Assembly (NCBI GenBank): GCA_951406725.2
Contig: OX597838.1
Coordinates: 9,920,001 to 9,984,000 of the forward strand
Direction: 5' to 3'
Origin: Octopus vulgaris
Lineage: Eukaryota
Length of the DNA: 64,000 nucleotides
Under the pieces are notes generated by a model. The model had not been told where the DNA came from. It worked only from the letters and a program-made list of their open reading frames with translations, and made no database searches. Every line of letters starts with the position of its first letter. Within the stretch, counting starts at the first letter, position 1. A program made the translations under genes and the position numbers. Below, in pieces: positions 1-9,463 of this stretch.

Positions 1-175
1 GACAAAGGGATTAAGTCGATTACATCGACCCAGTGCATAACTGGTACTTTATTTATCGACCCCAAAAGGATGAAAGTCAAAGTCGACCTCGGCGGAATTT
101 GAACTCAGAACGTAACAGCAGACGAAATACGGTTACGCATTTCGCCCAGCGAGCTAATGTTTCTGCCAGCTCGTC
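1..175 (-). mobile_element. SINE family B copy (tRNA-like head, Meta/MESC-like central domain), cut by window edge
   Basis: Reverse complement of the B consensus seen at 2185-2407 (gagttcaaattcc B-box; gactttgcctttcatcctttcggggtcgataaa core). Confidence 0.85.
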
Positions 176-176
176 A

Positions 177-731
177 CTTTGGTGAGAAACTCATGAGTGA
201 GGAGAGCTCAGTGAAGAATCCAATTCTTTGCACTCTACAGATCTGGTTGCTTTCACCAAATTTCCTCACTCAAATGCGCCAAAATGTTGTAGAACTCTCA
301 GTTGATGGTCTGGCCCTGGAGAATGAATTCTCAATGCACAATACCACATTTCTTGTGGTGACACTTGTCACGGGTCTTCCCTATCGCAGGTTTTTCCACT
401 TTTGAAGCACCGATGCCACACGAAGCATTGTGTATGACCCATTGCCTCATTACTGTAAGCTTGCTGAAACATACTCAATGCGTCAGTAGCAGACTTCCTA
501 AGTTTAATGCAAAATTTCATGTTGGCTCTTTGTTCCTTCATGACAAAATCACAAACTACAGCATACATGGGATCACAAAAAGACAAATTTCACAACTTGT
601 GAAGTAAACACAGCAGTGTCACTCAGCACACTGCCTCAATCACTGCTAGCTCTCACTGCACATGCAACCATGTGCTGCCATCTGTTGGCATGCTATAGAA
701 CTAGTCCAGGAACTTTTGATACCACCTCATT
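177..731 (-). mobile_element. Mariner transposon 5' fragment (degenerate transposase N-terminus plus TIR)
   Basis: ORF 368-586(-) EQRANMKFCIKLRKSATDALSMFQQAYSNEAMGHTQCFVWHRCFKSG resembles the mariner HTH N-terminus; TIR-like atgaggtggtatcaaaagttcc at ~709-731 (-). Confidence 0.8.
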
Positions 732-815
732 TATGTTATTTCAGATTTTGCATGTCTAAGAACTGATCAGCAAATAATTCATTCGCTGAAAATATAAACA
801 AAGTCACTGGCCTGT

Positions 816-856
816 TTGGCTGATGAGAAACATATTGAAACACCAGTGTTCCAGAA
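816..856 (+). ncRNA. Type I hammerhead ribozyme remnant, array unit 1
   Basis: ttgg CTGATGA gaaacatatt GAAA caccagtg TT ccag: core boxes intact, stem II mismatched, near-palindromic stem III. Confidence 0.65.
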
Positions 857-1095
857 TGCCTTGCAATGAGCTGAATGTGTCCAGAACATACTGTCCTTGT
901 AAAAGGCAGAAGAGCTGTTCTGTGACATACACGACAGCAACCAGTATATTTTGCATCTGAACCTGCCTTGACATATTACAAACAAATATGCAAATTTTAA
1001 TTTTAAATCTTGCTGTACATGGTACAAATAATGATCTTTGCTTTTGTCTGTTGGTAGATATAAGCACCAAACAGAAAACAATTTATTTGCTGAAA

Positions 1096-1515
1096 TAGGC
1101 GCAGGAGTGGCTGTGTGGTAAGTAGCTTTCTTACCAACCACATGGTTCCGGGTTCAGTCCCACTGCGTGGCACCTTGGGCAAGTGTCTTCTGCTATAGCC
1201 TCGGGCCGACCAATGCCTTGTGAGTGGATTTGGTAGACGGAAACTGAGAGAAGCCCGTCGTATATATGTATTAATATATATGTATGTGCGTGTATATGTT
1301 TGTGTGTCTGTGTTTGTACCCCCTAGCATTGCTTGACAACCGATGCTGGTGTGTTTACGTCCCCGTCACTTAGCGGTTTGGCAAAAGAGACCGATAGAAT
1401 AAGTACTGGGCTTACAAAGGATAAGTCCTGGGGTCGATTTGCTCGACTAAAGGTGGTGCTCCAGCATGGCCGCAGTCAAATGACTGAAACAAGTAAAAGA
1501 GTAAAAAAGAGTAAG
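1096..1515 (+). mobile_element. SINE family A, full length (tRNA-derived)
   Basis: A-box tggctgtgtgg, B-box ggttcagtccc, central (TA)/(TG) tract, (gtaaaaga)n tail; many near-identical copies in the window. Confidence 0.92.
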
Positions 1516-1562
1516 AGTATAAACAAAGCTACCGGCTTGTTTAGGTTCAAAGATCTGAGTAC

Positions 1563-1593
1563 TTCTGGCTGATGAAATACTGGTGTCCCAGAA
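1563..1593 (+). ncRNA. Hammerhead remnant, unit 2 (stem II deleted)
   Basis: ttctgg CTGAT GAAA tactggtg TC ccagaa: perfect 6-bp stem I and GUC triplet. Confidence 0.6.
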
Positions 1594-1871
1594 TCCTTTG
1601 TACCAAGACACTTTGTTAAAAGCACTTTGTCATTGTAAAAGAGAGAAGCTGTCCTGTGATATATACAACAGCAACCAGCATATTTTGTGTTCAAACCTGC
1701 CTTGACATGTTGTGAATAGATATGCAAATAATCATTTGAGATCTCGCTGTACACTGCAAATAGTGGGGGTTTTTTTGCTTGTTGGCAGATACAAGCACTA
1801 ACGGAAAATAATTTATTCACTGAAAGTATAAAGAAAGCCACTGGTTTGTTAAGGATTAAAGGTCTGGGTAC

Positions 1872-1914
1872 TTCTAGCTGAGAAACAATATATCAAAACT
1901 CTATTGTCCAAGAA
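1872..1914 (+). ncRNA. Hammerhead remnant, unit 3 (heavily mutated)
   Basis: ttctag CTGA-GA aacaatatatc AAAA ctctattg TC caagaa at the homologous position. Confidence 0.5.
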
Positions 1915-1993
1915 TCCCTTGCACCAATGAGTCAAATGTGTTAAAAACCCACTGTCATTGTAAAAGGGAGAAGCTGTTCTGTGACATACACTA

Positions 1994-2172
1994 AATCTTT
2001 ATTATAGGCATATAGCCCGGACAAAGAGTGGACATAACAAGGACAGACACAACACCACAGTGGGGACAATAAACATAAAACGAATGAGGATGAATATTAT
2101 ATAAAAATGGAAAATGAAATGACTGCACGGGCCCCACTCCTCATGCAGTACCATTTGAATGTTTGTACACAC
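1994..2172 (-). mobile_element. LINE 3'-UTR fragment, start of a ~490 bp insertion with a 17-bp direct repeat
   Basis: Ends ...gcctataataaaga on the minus strand; ttctgtgacatacacta at 1977-1993 and 2484-2500. Confidence 0.55.
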
Positions 2173-2184
2173 TATATTACAATA

Positions 2185-2407
2185 AAGGCAGCGAGCTGGC
2201 AGAAACGTTAGCACGCCGGGCGAAATGCTTTGCGGTATTTCGTCTGCCGTTACGTTCTGAGTTCAAATTCCGCCAAGGTCAACTTTGCCTTTCATCCTTT
2301 CGGGGTCGATAAAAAAAGTACCAGTTACGCACTGGGGTCGATATAATTGGCTTAATCCCCTTGTTTGTCCCCTCTGTGTTTAGCCCCTTGTGGGTAGTAA
2401 AGAAATA
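2185..2407 (+). mobile_element. SINE family B, full length
   Basis: Consensus match; TSD tatattacaat at 2173-2183 and 2408-2418. Confidence 0.92.
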
Positions 2408-2662
2408 TATATTACAATCATGCTATTATTGTCTGTTATTTTTTCTTAATTATCATTTTTTTTCCATTTGAAGCACTTTTCCATTCTGTGACATACACTA
2501 CTGCAGTTGGCATATTTTGCATTCAAACCTGCCTTGACATATTCATCTCAGATCTTGCTGTACACTGCAAACAATAAATAAAAACAGAAATAATGATTTT
2601 TTTTTTTTTTCTGTCTGTTGGCATTAATAAGCACCAATCAGATAACAATTTATTTGCTGAAA

Positions 2663-2865
2663 TCAAGATGGCGAGCTGGCAGAATTGTTAGCGCACCAGG
2701 CAAAATTTCTTAGTGGCATTTCATCAGTCTTTACATTCTAAGTTCAAATCCTGCCAAGGCCAACTTTACCCTTCATCCTTTTGGGATTGACAAAGTAAGT
2801 ACCACTTGAACACTAGAGTTACCCTGCTCTCCTGAAATTGCTGGCCTTGTGCCAACATTTGAAAT
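2663..2865 (+). mobile_element. SINE family B, older variant
   Basis: ggcgagctggcagaattgttagc head; 17-bp TSD caatttatttgctgaaa at 2646-2662 and 2866-2882. Confidence 0.85.
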
Positions 2866-2927
2866 CAATTTATTTGCTGAAAGTATAAAGAAAACCACTG
2901 TTTTTTTTAGGTTCAAGGGCCAGATAC

Positions 2928-2958
2928 TTTTGGCTGATGAAACACTGGTGTCCCAGGA
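2928..2958 (+). ncRNA. Hammerhead remnant, unit 4 (same stem II deletion as unit 2)
   Basis: ttttgg CTGAT GAAA cactggtg TC ccagga. Confidence 0.6.
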
Positions 2959-3619
2959 TCCCTTGTGCAAATGAGCTGAGTGTGTTAAGAATATACTGTT
3001 ATAATGGGCAGCATCTAACATGGTTTGTCTTCTAATCTACCTGAACATATTAAGAATAAATCTGTAAATATATTCTGTTGTGTCTGGAGAGAGTCATTTT
3101 CTTTTTGTGCTGAAAAGGTTGCAAGATGCAACGAAAATTTTAGGAAAATAAAAATAAGAAAAAAGTGGAAATTTTACCAGTGAGTGTGTTACATAATAAG
3201 GCACAAAAAGAAAATGATTCTCCCCAGACACAACAGAATATGCTTCAACACACGAACTCATATAAAGAATCTTGCAAACCAAATCCAAAAACGAAATATA
3301 AATATAATGGGGCAGTCACTGATTTGTTGCATTTCTGATTGCCCGAGTGACAAGGGAGTGTCTGCAACTCGCTCAGAACAAACATTGCAAATGATTTTGT
3401 TCAAACAAACATCAGTTTTTTGGTTTTCTCAATGATGTTCACATCCTTTACTGATATACATTAGCAAAAGAGCAGGTATGGCTGTGTAGTTAAGAAGCTT
3501 GCTTACCAATCATGTGGTCTTGAGTTCAGTCCCATTTTGCAGCACCTTGGGTAAGTGTCTTGGTAGACAGAAATTAAAAGACATTGGTCATATGTGAGTG
3601 TGTGTGTGTGTGTGTGTGT

Positions 3620-3835
3620 ATTTCCATTTCTGGCTACTTCAGCCATGTAATTACACATGAGCTTTTCTTAGACACTTTTTCCTCCTCTCAAGACTTTTCT
3701 TCTCTCCTCTTTCTGATGAAGAACATTGCTTGAAATGTCACACACCCTCTTTTTTTCTGTCTTAAACTGAGTGTCAACCTAATACATTGTCCTTTTGACT
3801 TTTGTTATTTTGTTTTTATTTTTATTTTCAAGTTG

Positions 3836-3837
<2 letters not shown>
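3620..3837 (+). mobile_element. Penelope-like non-autonomous element (pLTR) with degenerate hammerhead
   Basis: cttt CTGATGA agaacattgctt GAAA tgTC at 3709-3739; homologous to 6819-6996 and 49231-49398; microsatellite-flanked. Confidence 0.55.
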
Positions 3838-3876
<39 letters not shown>

Positions 3877-3880
<4 letters not shown>

Positions 3881-4005
3881 GCCATTATGGTTAATACCCT
3901 TAAACCAGTCTATAACAGACTTGCTATTACCCCAAATCCATAAATCTTCTGATTCTCTATCTAGCTTGTTTAGAATAGAATCTAATATACTTTTGCTAGT
4001 AATTC
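3877..4005 (-). mobile_element. Penelope-like reverse transcriptase fragment
   Basis: My translation GITSKSILDSILNKLDRESEDLWIWGNSKSVIDWFKGINHNGN resembles the G-I-SK-ILD...W-N---VIDWF region of PLE RTs; abuts (TA)n. Confidence 0.65.
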
Positions 4006-4023
4006 CTATTTCCTATTTCCATT

Positions 4024-4390
4024 TTGTTTCAGCCATACTGGAGCACCGCCTTGGAGAATCTATTAGTTGAATGAATTGGTCCCAGTACTTATATTCAGCC
4101 TCATATTTATTCTGTCTTTTGCTAAACCATTAAGTTATGGGGATGTAAACAGACCAACACCAGTTGTCAAGCAATGGTGGAGGACAAACACAGACACAGA
4201 CACACACATATATATATGCACAATGGGTTTTTTTCAGTTTCTGTCTACCAAATCCATTTGGTCAGTATGGACCAAATCGACTTCAATCAGCCCAAGGCTA
4301 TAGTAGGAGACATTTGCCCAAGGTGCCATGCAGTGGGACTGAACACAGAACCATGTGGTTGGGAAGCAAGCTTCTTACTGCACAGCCACT
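4024..4390 (-). mobile_element. SINE family A, diverged
   Basis: Reverse-complement match with CpG decay. Confidence 0.8.
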
Positions 4391-4392
4391 TT

Positions 4393-4608
4393 TGGTTTCA
4401 AATTTTGGCACAAGGCCAGTAATTTGGGGGAAAGGGTTAAGTTGATTACAATGACCCCAGTGCTTAACAGGTACTTATTTTATTGATGAATAAAAAGGGA
4501 TGAAAAGTACAGTTGACCTCAGTGGAATTTGAACTCAGAATGCAAAGATGGACGAACTTCTACTCAGCATTTTGCTCGGCATACTAACAATTCTTCCTGC
4601 TCACCATC
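4393..4608 (-). mobile_element. SINE family B variant, diverged
   Basis: ggaatttgaactcagaa and ggcacaaggccag blocks. Confidence 0.75.
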
Positions 4609-4639
4609 TTTATTTATACATACATACACACATACTTAC

Positions 4640-4681
<42 letters not shown>

Positions 4682-4983
4682 CAGAGAGATGTATATTATG
4701 TATGTCTGTGTATGTGTTTGTGTGTAAACCCTTGTCTAGACATCACATGATGTTTGTAAGTTAACGTCACCGTCATACAAGTGAGGTTGTTTGTTTCCAG
4801 TCTTTGTCTTCTGTGAAAAACACGTCTAGCTATGAGAAAATATTCAGTATCATGCTTTGAAGCAAGTGAGGGTTTGCAACAAGCACATCTGGGCATAGAA
4901 ATCTGCCTCAACAAATTCTGTTTGATCCACACAAGTAGGTCAAATAGAATTAAATGATGACGATGATGATGATATATATTTAT

Positions 4984-5023
<40 letters not shown>

Positions 5024-5105
5024 CATCAGTGGATCATATATTCAAAAATAGAAGCACACTCTAAAGGTTTGAGCAGTAGTGGATTTACAGGAAGTTAAGT
5101 GCCCA

Positions 5106-5182
5106 CAGCCATTGGAGTCTGAAGAGTCATCTATTAAGCTAAATGCTTTGTGGATGCGAAACAATTAGTCACTCTATGACTG
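5106..5182 (+). ncRNA. Type I hammerhead ribozyme with intact catalytic core
   Basis: Stem I ggagt/actct (extends cagccatt/atgactg); CTGAAGA 5119-5125; stem II g(t)catcta..aagc/gctt..tggatgc; GAAA 5158-5161; minimal stem III; GTC 5168-5170. Confidence 0.75.
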
Positions 5183-5220
5183 GACATATTTTTAACTTCA
5201 TGTAAATATCTATCTATCTG

Positions 5221-5767
5221 GGCATGGCTGTGTGGTTAGGGAGCTTGCTTCCTAGCTACATGGTTTCGGGTTCATTCCCACTGCGTGGCACTTTGGGTAG
5301 GTGTCTTCCACTATAGCCCCGAGCCGACCGAAGCTTTGTGATTGAATTCGGCAGGAAGTTACTGCCATGTATGTATATGTGCGTGTAGGTGCTTGTGCCT
5401 CTCCAAAAGAGAGAGAGGGATATATATATATATATATGTGGCCGTTGCCAGTGCCACCCCGACTGGCCTCCGTGCCGGTGGCACGTAAAAAGCACCATCC
5501 GTTCGTGTCCGTTGCCAGCCTCGCCTGGCCCCCGTGCCGGTGGCACGTAAAAGCACCATCCATTCGTGGCCGTTTGCCAGCTCCGTCTGGCACCTGTGCG
5601 GGTGGCACGTAAAAAGCACCCACTACACTCACGGAGTGGTTGGCGTTAGGAAGGGCATCCAGCCGTAGAAACATTGCCAGATCAGACTGGAGCCTGATGC
5701 AGCCTTCTGGCTTCACAGACCCAAGTTGAACTGTTCAACCCATGCTAGCAGGGAAAGCGGACGCTAA

Positions 5768-5797
<30 letters not shown>
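5221..5797 (+). mobile_element. SINE A-type head followed by SINE family C body with (GAT)n tail
   Basis: Head 5221-5345; ggtggcacgtaaaaagcacc subrepeats; gttggcgttaggaagggcatccagc domain; (gat)n to 5797. Confidence 0.85.
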
Positions 5798-5799
<2 letters not shown>

Positions 5800-5822
5800 A
5801 TATATATATATATATATATATA

Positions 5823-6609
5823 CAGGATGCAATGGGTAAATTGTCGCCATTTTATATTTTTAATTTCATGCATGCACAGTTTGTTTTCGATTTTATCGAC
5901 TACACAGTATAGTAGGGTCAGTTGGGCACCGTCTGTGAGAAAAACAGCACCATGATGCAATTCACTCTGCCAGAAATTTGGAAACGACATGCTGTACTGC
6001 TTGGCATTCACGCTGGAAGCTCCAATATGAATATTTCAGAGTGTTTGGGTATCAATCTGAAGACATGTACTGAGAGTGATAAAAATCAAACATCCAGTCA
6101 ACAACATGGTGTTTGAAGTGATCACTGGTGATGGCAACGTTATGTCGCCATTCATCTTCCCACACTGCTTCAGATTCAACATGAAGGCCTACATCATGTT
6201 CCTGGAGGAGGTAGTGCTGCCCTGTGTTAAGAGGGTGGCTGTTGGAAGACTCACCATGCCACACAAGCAGGAGAAGCCAGCCATGGCTGTCAGACAATTT
6301 CTGAAACCGCATCACTCCTAACATCTGGCCACCTAACTCTCCAGACTGCACCTCTTTTGATTTTTATATGTGGGGCGCAGTTGAACAAGAGGCCAACAAA
6401 ACTCCTTGTAACACCAAAACTGAATTGAAGGCAACGATTATGCCAGCATTGAGGCTGTGGTTGAAGCCAATGGTGATTTTATTGAATAAATTTACTTCTT
6501 AGTATTTCAAGATATTTTTCTGTAATTTTGGTAAATATATCTGTTAAAATGAAATGTCAGTGTTATTTTCATTTTACTGTAATTTAGATGACAATTTATT
6601 CACTGCACC

Positions 6610-6612
<3 letters not shown>
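5823..6612 (+). mobile_element. Internally deleted Tc1/mariner (maT-like) DNA transposon
   Basis: TIRs caggatgcaatgggtaaattgtc / gacaatttattcactgcaccctg inside (TA)n; remnants KHPVNNMVFEVITGDG and IWPPNSPDCTSFDFYMWG. Confidence 0.88.
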
Positions 6613-6651
<39 letters not shown>

Positions 6652-6653
<2 letters not shown>

Positions 6654-6808
6654 TACACTCGCGGAGTGGTTGGCGTTAGGAAGGGCATCCAGCCGTAGAA
6701 ACACTGCCAGATCTGACTGGGCCTGACGAAGCCTTCCAGCTTCACAGACCCCAGTTGACCCGTCCAACCCATGCTAGCATGGAAAGCGGACGCTAAACGA
6801 TGATGATG
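6652..6808 (+). mobile_element. SINE family C, 3' part
   Basis: Consensus match ending in (gat)n. Confidence 0.88.
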
Positions 6809-6818
6809 ATATATATAT

Positions 6819-6993
6819 AGGGAGAGTTTATGAAAAAAACAAAAGACAAAGACAGGTGGTGTACAAAACAAACAGATGTATTAGTATAACGCTCAGGAAT
6901 AGAAAAAGTCTTTTACGTTTCGAGCTTAAGCTCTTCTACAGAAAGGGACACAGAAAAAACAAGGAGAGAAAAAATGTGTGTAGTGGCTAACAA

Positions 6994-6996
<3 letters not shown>
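6819..6996 (-). mobile_element. Penelope-like non-autonomous element with hammerhead variant
   Basis: Minus strand cttt CTGTAGA a gagc-ttaa-gctc GAAA cgTA aaag (6910-6945); inserted in (TA)n. Confidence 0.65.
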
Positions 6997-7037
<41 letters not shown>

Positions 7038-7637
7038 CATCATCCATTAATATCTGTTTTCCATGCTTGCATGGATTGGATGGCTTGACCAGAGCTGGCA
7101 AGCTGCATGAGGGCTCAGTCTAATTTGGCCTGGTTTCCACAGCTGGATGTCATTCCTAATGCCAACCACTTTACAGAGTATGCTGGGTACTCTTAACTTG
7201 GCACCGCACAAGCACTTTTATGCAGCCCCAGCTCAAGTGCATTTCACATGGCACCAGCACAGGACTCTTGCAGTCCAATCCTCTTCACCAGGGGGAGTAG
7301 CATTAACACTTCCACTGTGGAGGATGGGTCTTCCTGAGTACAGCAAAGCATCAGTTATCTCGGCCCTTTGTCACCTCATCTGAAAGGTTCAGCATCCTGA
7401 GGTCATCTTTCAGTACTTCATCCCATGTCTTCTTGCATCACCCTCTTCCACAAGTGCAGACATGACATTGTGTGGTTAAGACATTCACTTCACAACTATA
7501 TGTTGTGGGTTCAGTCTTGTTGTGCAGCACCTTTGGTAAGCATCTTTTGCTATAGCTCCAGGCCAACAAAACACTTTGTAAGGGAATTTGGTGAAAAGAT
7601 GATTAAAAGAAGCCCATTACATGTATATGAATGAATG

Positions 7638-7938
7638 ACTGTGTAGTAAGAAACTTGCTTCCCAAACACATGGTTCTGGGTTCAGTTCCACAGCTTGGCA
7701 CCTTGGGCAAGTGTCTTCTACTATAGCCTCAGGTCAACCAAATCTTTGTGAGTAGATTTGGTTGACAGAAACTGAAAGAAACCTGTTGGATATATATTTA
7801 TATATATATATATGTATATATCCATGTGTGTGTGTCTTTATGTCTGTTTGTTTCCCCACTCCTCCACTACTTGGCAACAGGTGTTGGTGTGTTTATATCT
7901 CTGTAACTTAGCAGTGCAGCAAAAGAGACTGACAGAGT
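7638..7938 (+). mobile_element. SINE family A, diverged
   Basis: Head and central domain match. Confidence 0.75.
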
Positions 7939-8608
7939 AGGTTTGTTCCTTCTCGAGCCATGCCTGGCTCATAAGGTCTGATTTCCTGGTTTCCTTGGTG
8001 TATAGGTTCCCCACCTGGACAGGACGCCGGTCCATCGCAGGTGAGCTGCAAGATGCAGGAGGAAAGAGTGAGAGAAACTTAGAGTGAAAGGCAGATTGTA
8101 CAATGCTTATGTATGAACAGCAATGCAACCAGAGGGCTGCACTAGACCCCAGTCTGTTGTGGCATGGTTTCTGCAGCTTGGTGCATTTCCTAATGCCAAC
8201 CACTTTACAAAGTGTACCAGGTGCTTTTATGTGGTGCTAGCACAGTTGCTTTTTATGTGGCACCAGCCCAAGTGCTTTTTTACATGGCACTGGCATAGAT
8301 ATTTTTATGCAGTATCAGCACAGGTACTTTTTACATGGCACCAGACATGGTTTTTTACAAACCAGCACAAGTGATTTTTATATGGAGCCAGCATCTCTAA
8401 ATAAATTTCATTGAAAATAAGTATTCAATTATAATGGAGTAGTTTATCTCTATACACCCATGAACACTATTACCTACTTCTCTACATATTTCACTCCCTA
8501 TTCACCTTGACTGGGGTTACGATATCTGTTAGTGATGGAAAATGAAACTCCAGACATTAGGGAGATTTTAAAAATTCTTCCCTGATGCAAATTTTGAAGC
8601 CTGTATCA

Positions 8609-8906
8609 GATTCACAATCATGAGGTAGTGAGTTTGATTCCTGGACCGGGTTGCGTGTTGTGTTCTTGAGCAAGACTCTTTATTTCACGTTGCTCCAGTT
8701 CACTCATCTGTAGAAATGAGTTGCGACATCACTGGTGCCAAGCCATATCGGCCTTTTCCTTTCCCTTGGATAACATCAGTAGCATGGAGTGGCTGGTATG
8801 CATGGGCGACTGCTGGTCTTCCATAAACAACCTTGCCCGGACTTGTGCCTGGGAGGGTAACTTTCTAGGTGCAATCCCATGGTCAGTCATGACTGAAGGG
8901 GGTCTC
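8609..8906 (+). mobile_element. 5'-truncated tRNA-derived SINE with CORE/V-like domain
   Basis: B-box-like gagtttgattcc, then gtgttcttgagcaagac...gctccagttcactca. Confidence 0.6.
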
Positions 8907-9195
8907 AGATATATATCTGTATCTGTATCCCCTGCTTGACAACCAGTGTTGGTGTGTGTCCCTGTAACTTAGCGGTTCAGCCAAATATACTGATAGAATA
9001 AGTACCAGGCTTAAAAATGAAGTCCTGGGGTCGATTTGTTTGATGTTTGACTAAAAATTCAAAGCTACAGTCTAATGACTGAAACAAGAAAAAAAAAAAA
9101 AAAAGAAAAAAAACAGTGCTCCAGCATGGCCACAGTCAAATGACTGAAACAAGTAAAAGAATTAAAGAATGTGTGTGTGTGTGTATAATATTTCA

Positions 9196-9414
9196 CCTAT
9201 TCGTATGTATATGTGTGTGAGTATATATATGCATAATATCCACCTATATACATATGTATATATGTGTGCGTGTATACATGTATAATATACACATGTGTGC
9301 GTGTATACATGTATAATATACACCTATATATATGTGTGTGCATACATATATATGCATAATATCCACCTATATACATATGTATATATGTGTGCGTATATAC
9401 ATGTATAATATACA

Positions 9415-9420
<6 letters not shown>
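9196..9420. repeat. AT-rich compound minisatellite
   Basis: gcataatatccacctatatacatatg and gcgtgtatacatgtataatatacac blocks repeated. Confidence 0.85.

Positions 9421-9463
<43 letters not shown>

Larger units (their letters stand above)
770..3010 (+). repeat. Decayed tandem array of four ~310-330 bp units, each with a hammerhead remnant (retrozyme-like)
   Basis: Blocks such as aatttatttgctgaaagtataaa, gaagctgttctgtgacatacac, aacctgccttgacat and tcttgctgtacac recur in register once three insertions are removed. Confidence 0.85.

Noticed and set aside
1003-1572. Recurrent ORFs such as MTTDAGVFTSPSLSG..., ...RHLPKVPRSGTEPGTMWLV... and MDGSTGVCEA... as a gene family
   Set aside because: They are chance frames of non-coding SINE consensus sequences, found wherever the SINEs are and on both strands
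2934-2978. TGATGA...CTGA in the tandem units as a C/D-box snoRNA cluster
   Set aside because: Spacing is too short, the D box is missing from some units and there is no terminal stem; a hammerhead fold explains the motif better
2996-3010. ctgttataatgggca resembling the 3' part of miR-2001
   Set aside because: No seed match or hairpin; it is the decayed end of the tandem unit
8621-8640. tgaggtagtg resembling let-7
   Set aside because: Only 9 nt match, within a SINE tRNA-like head, with no precursor hairpin
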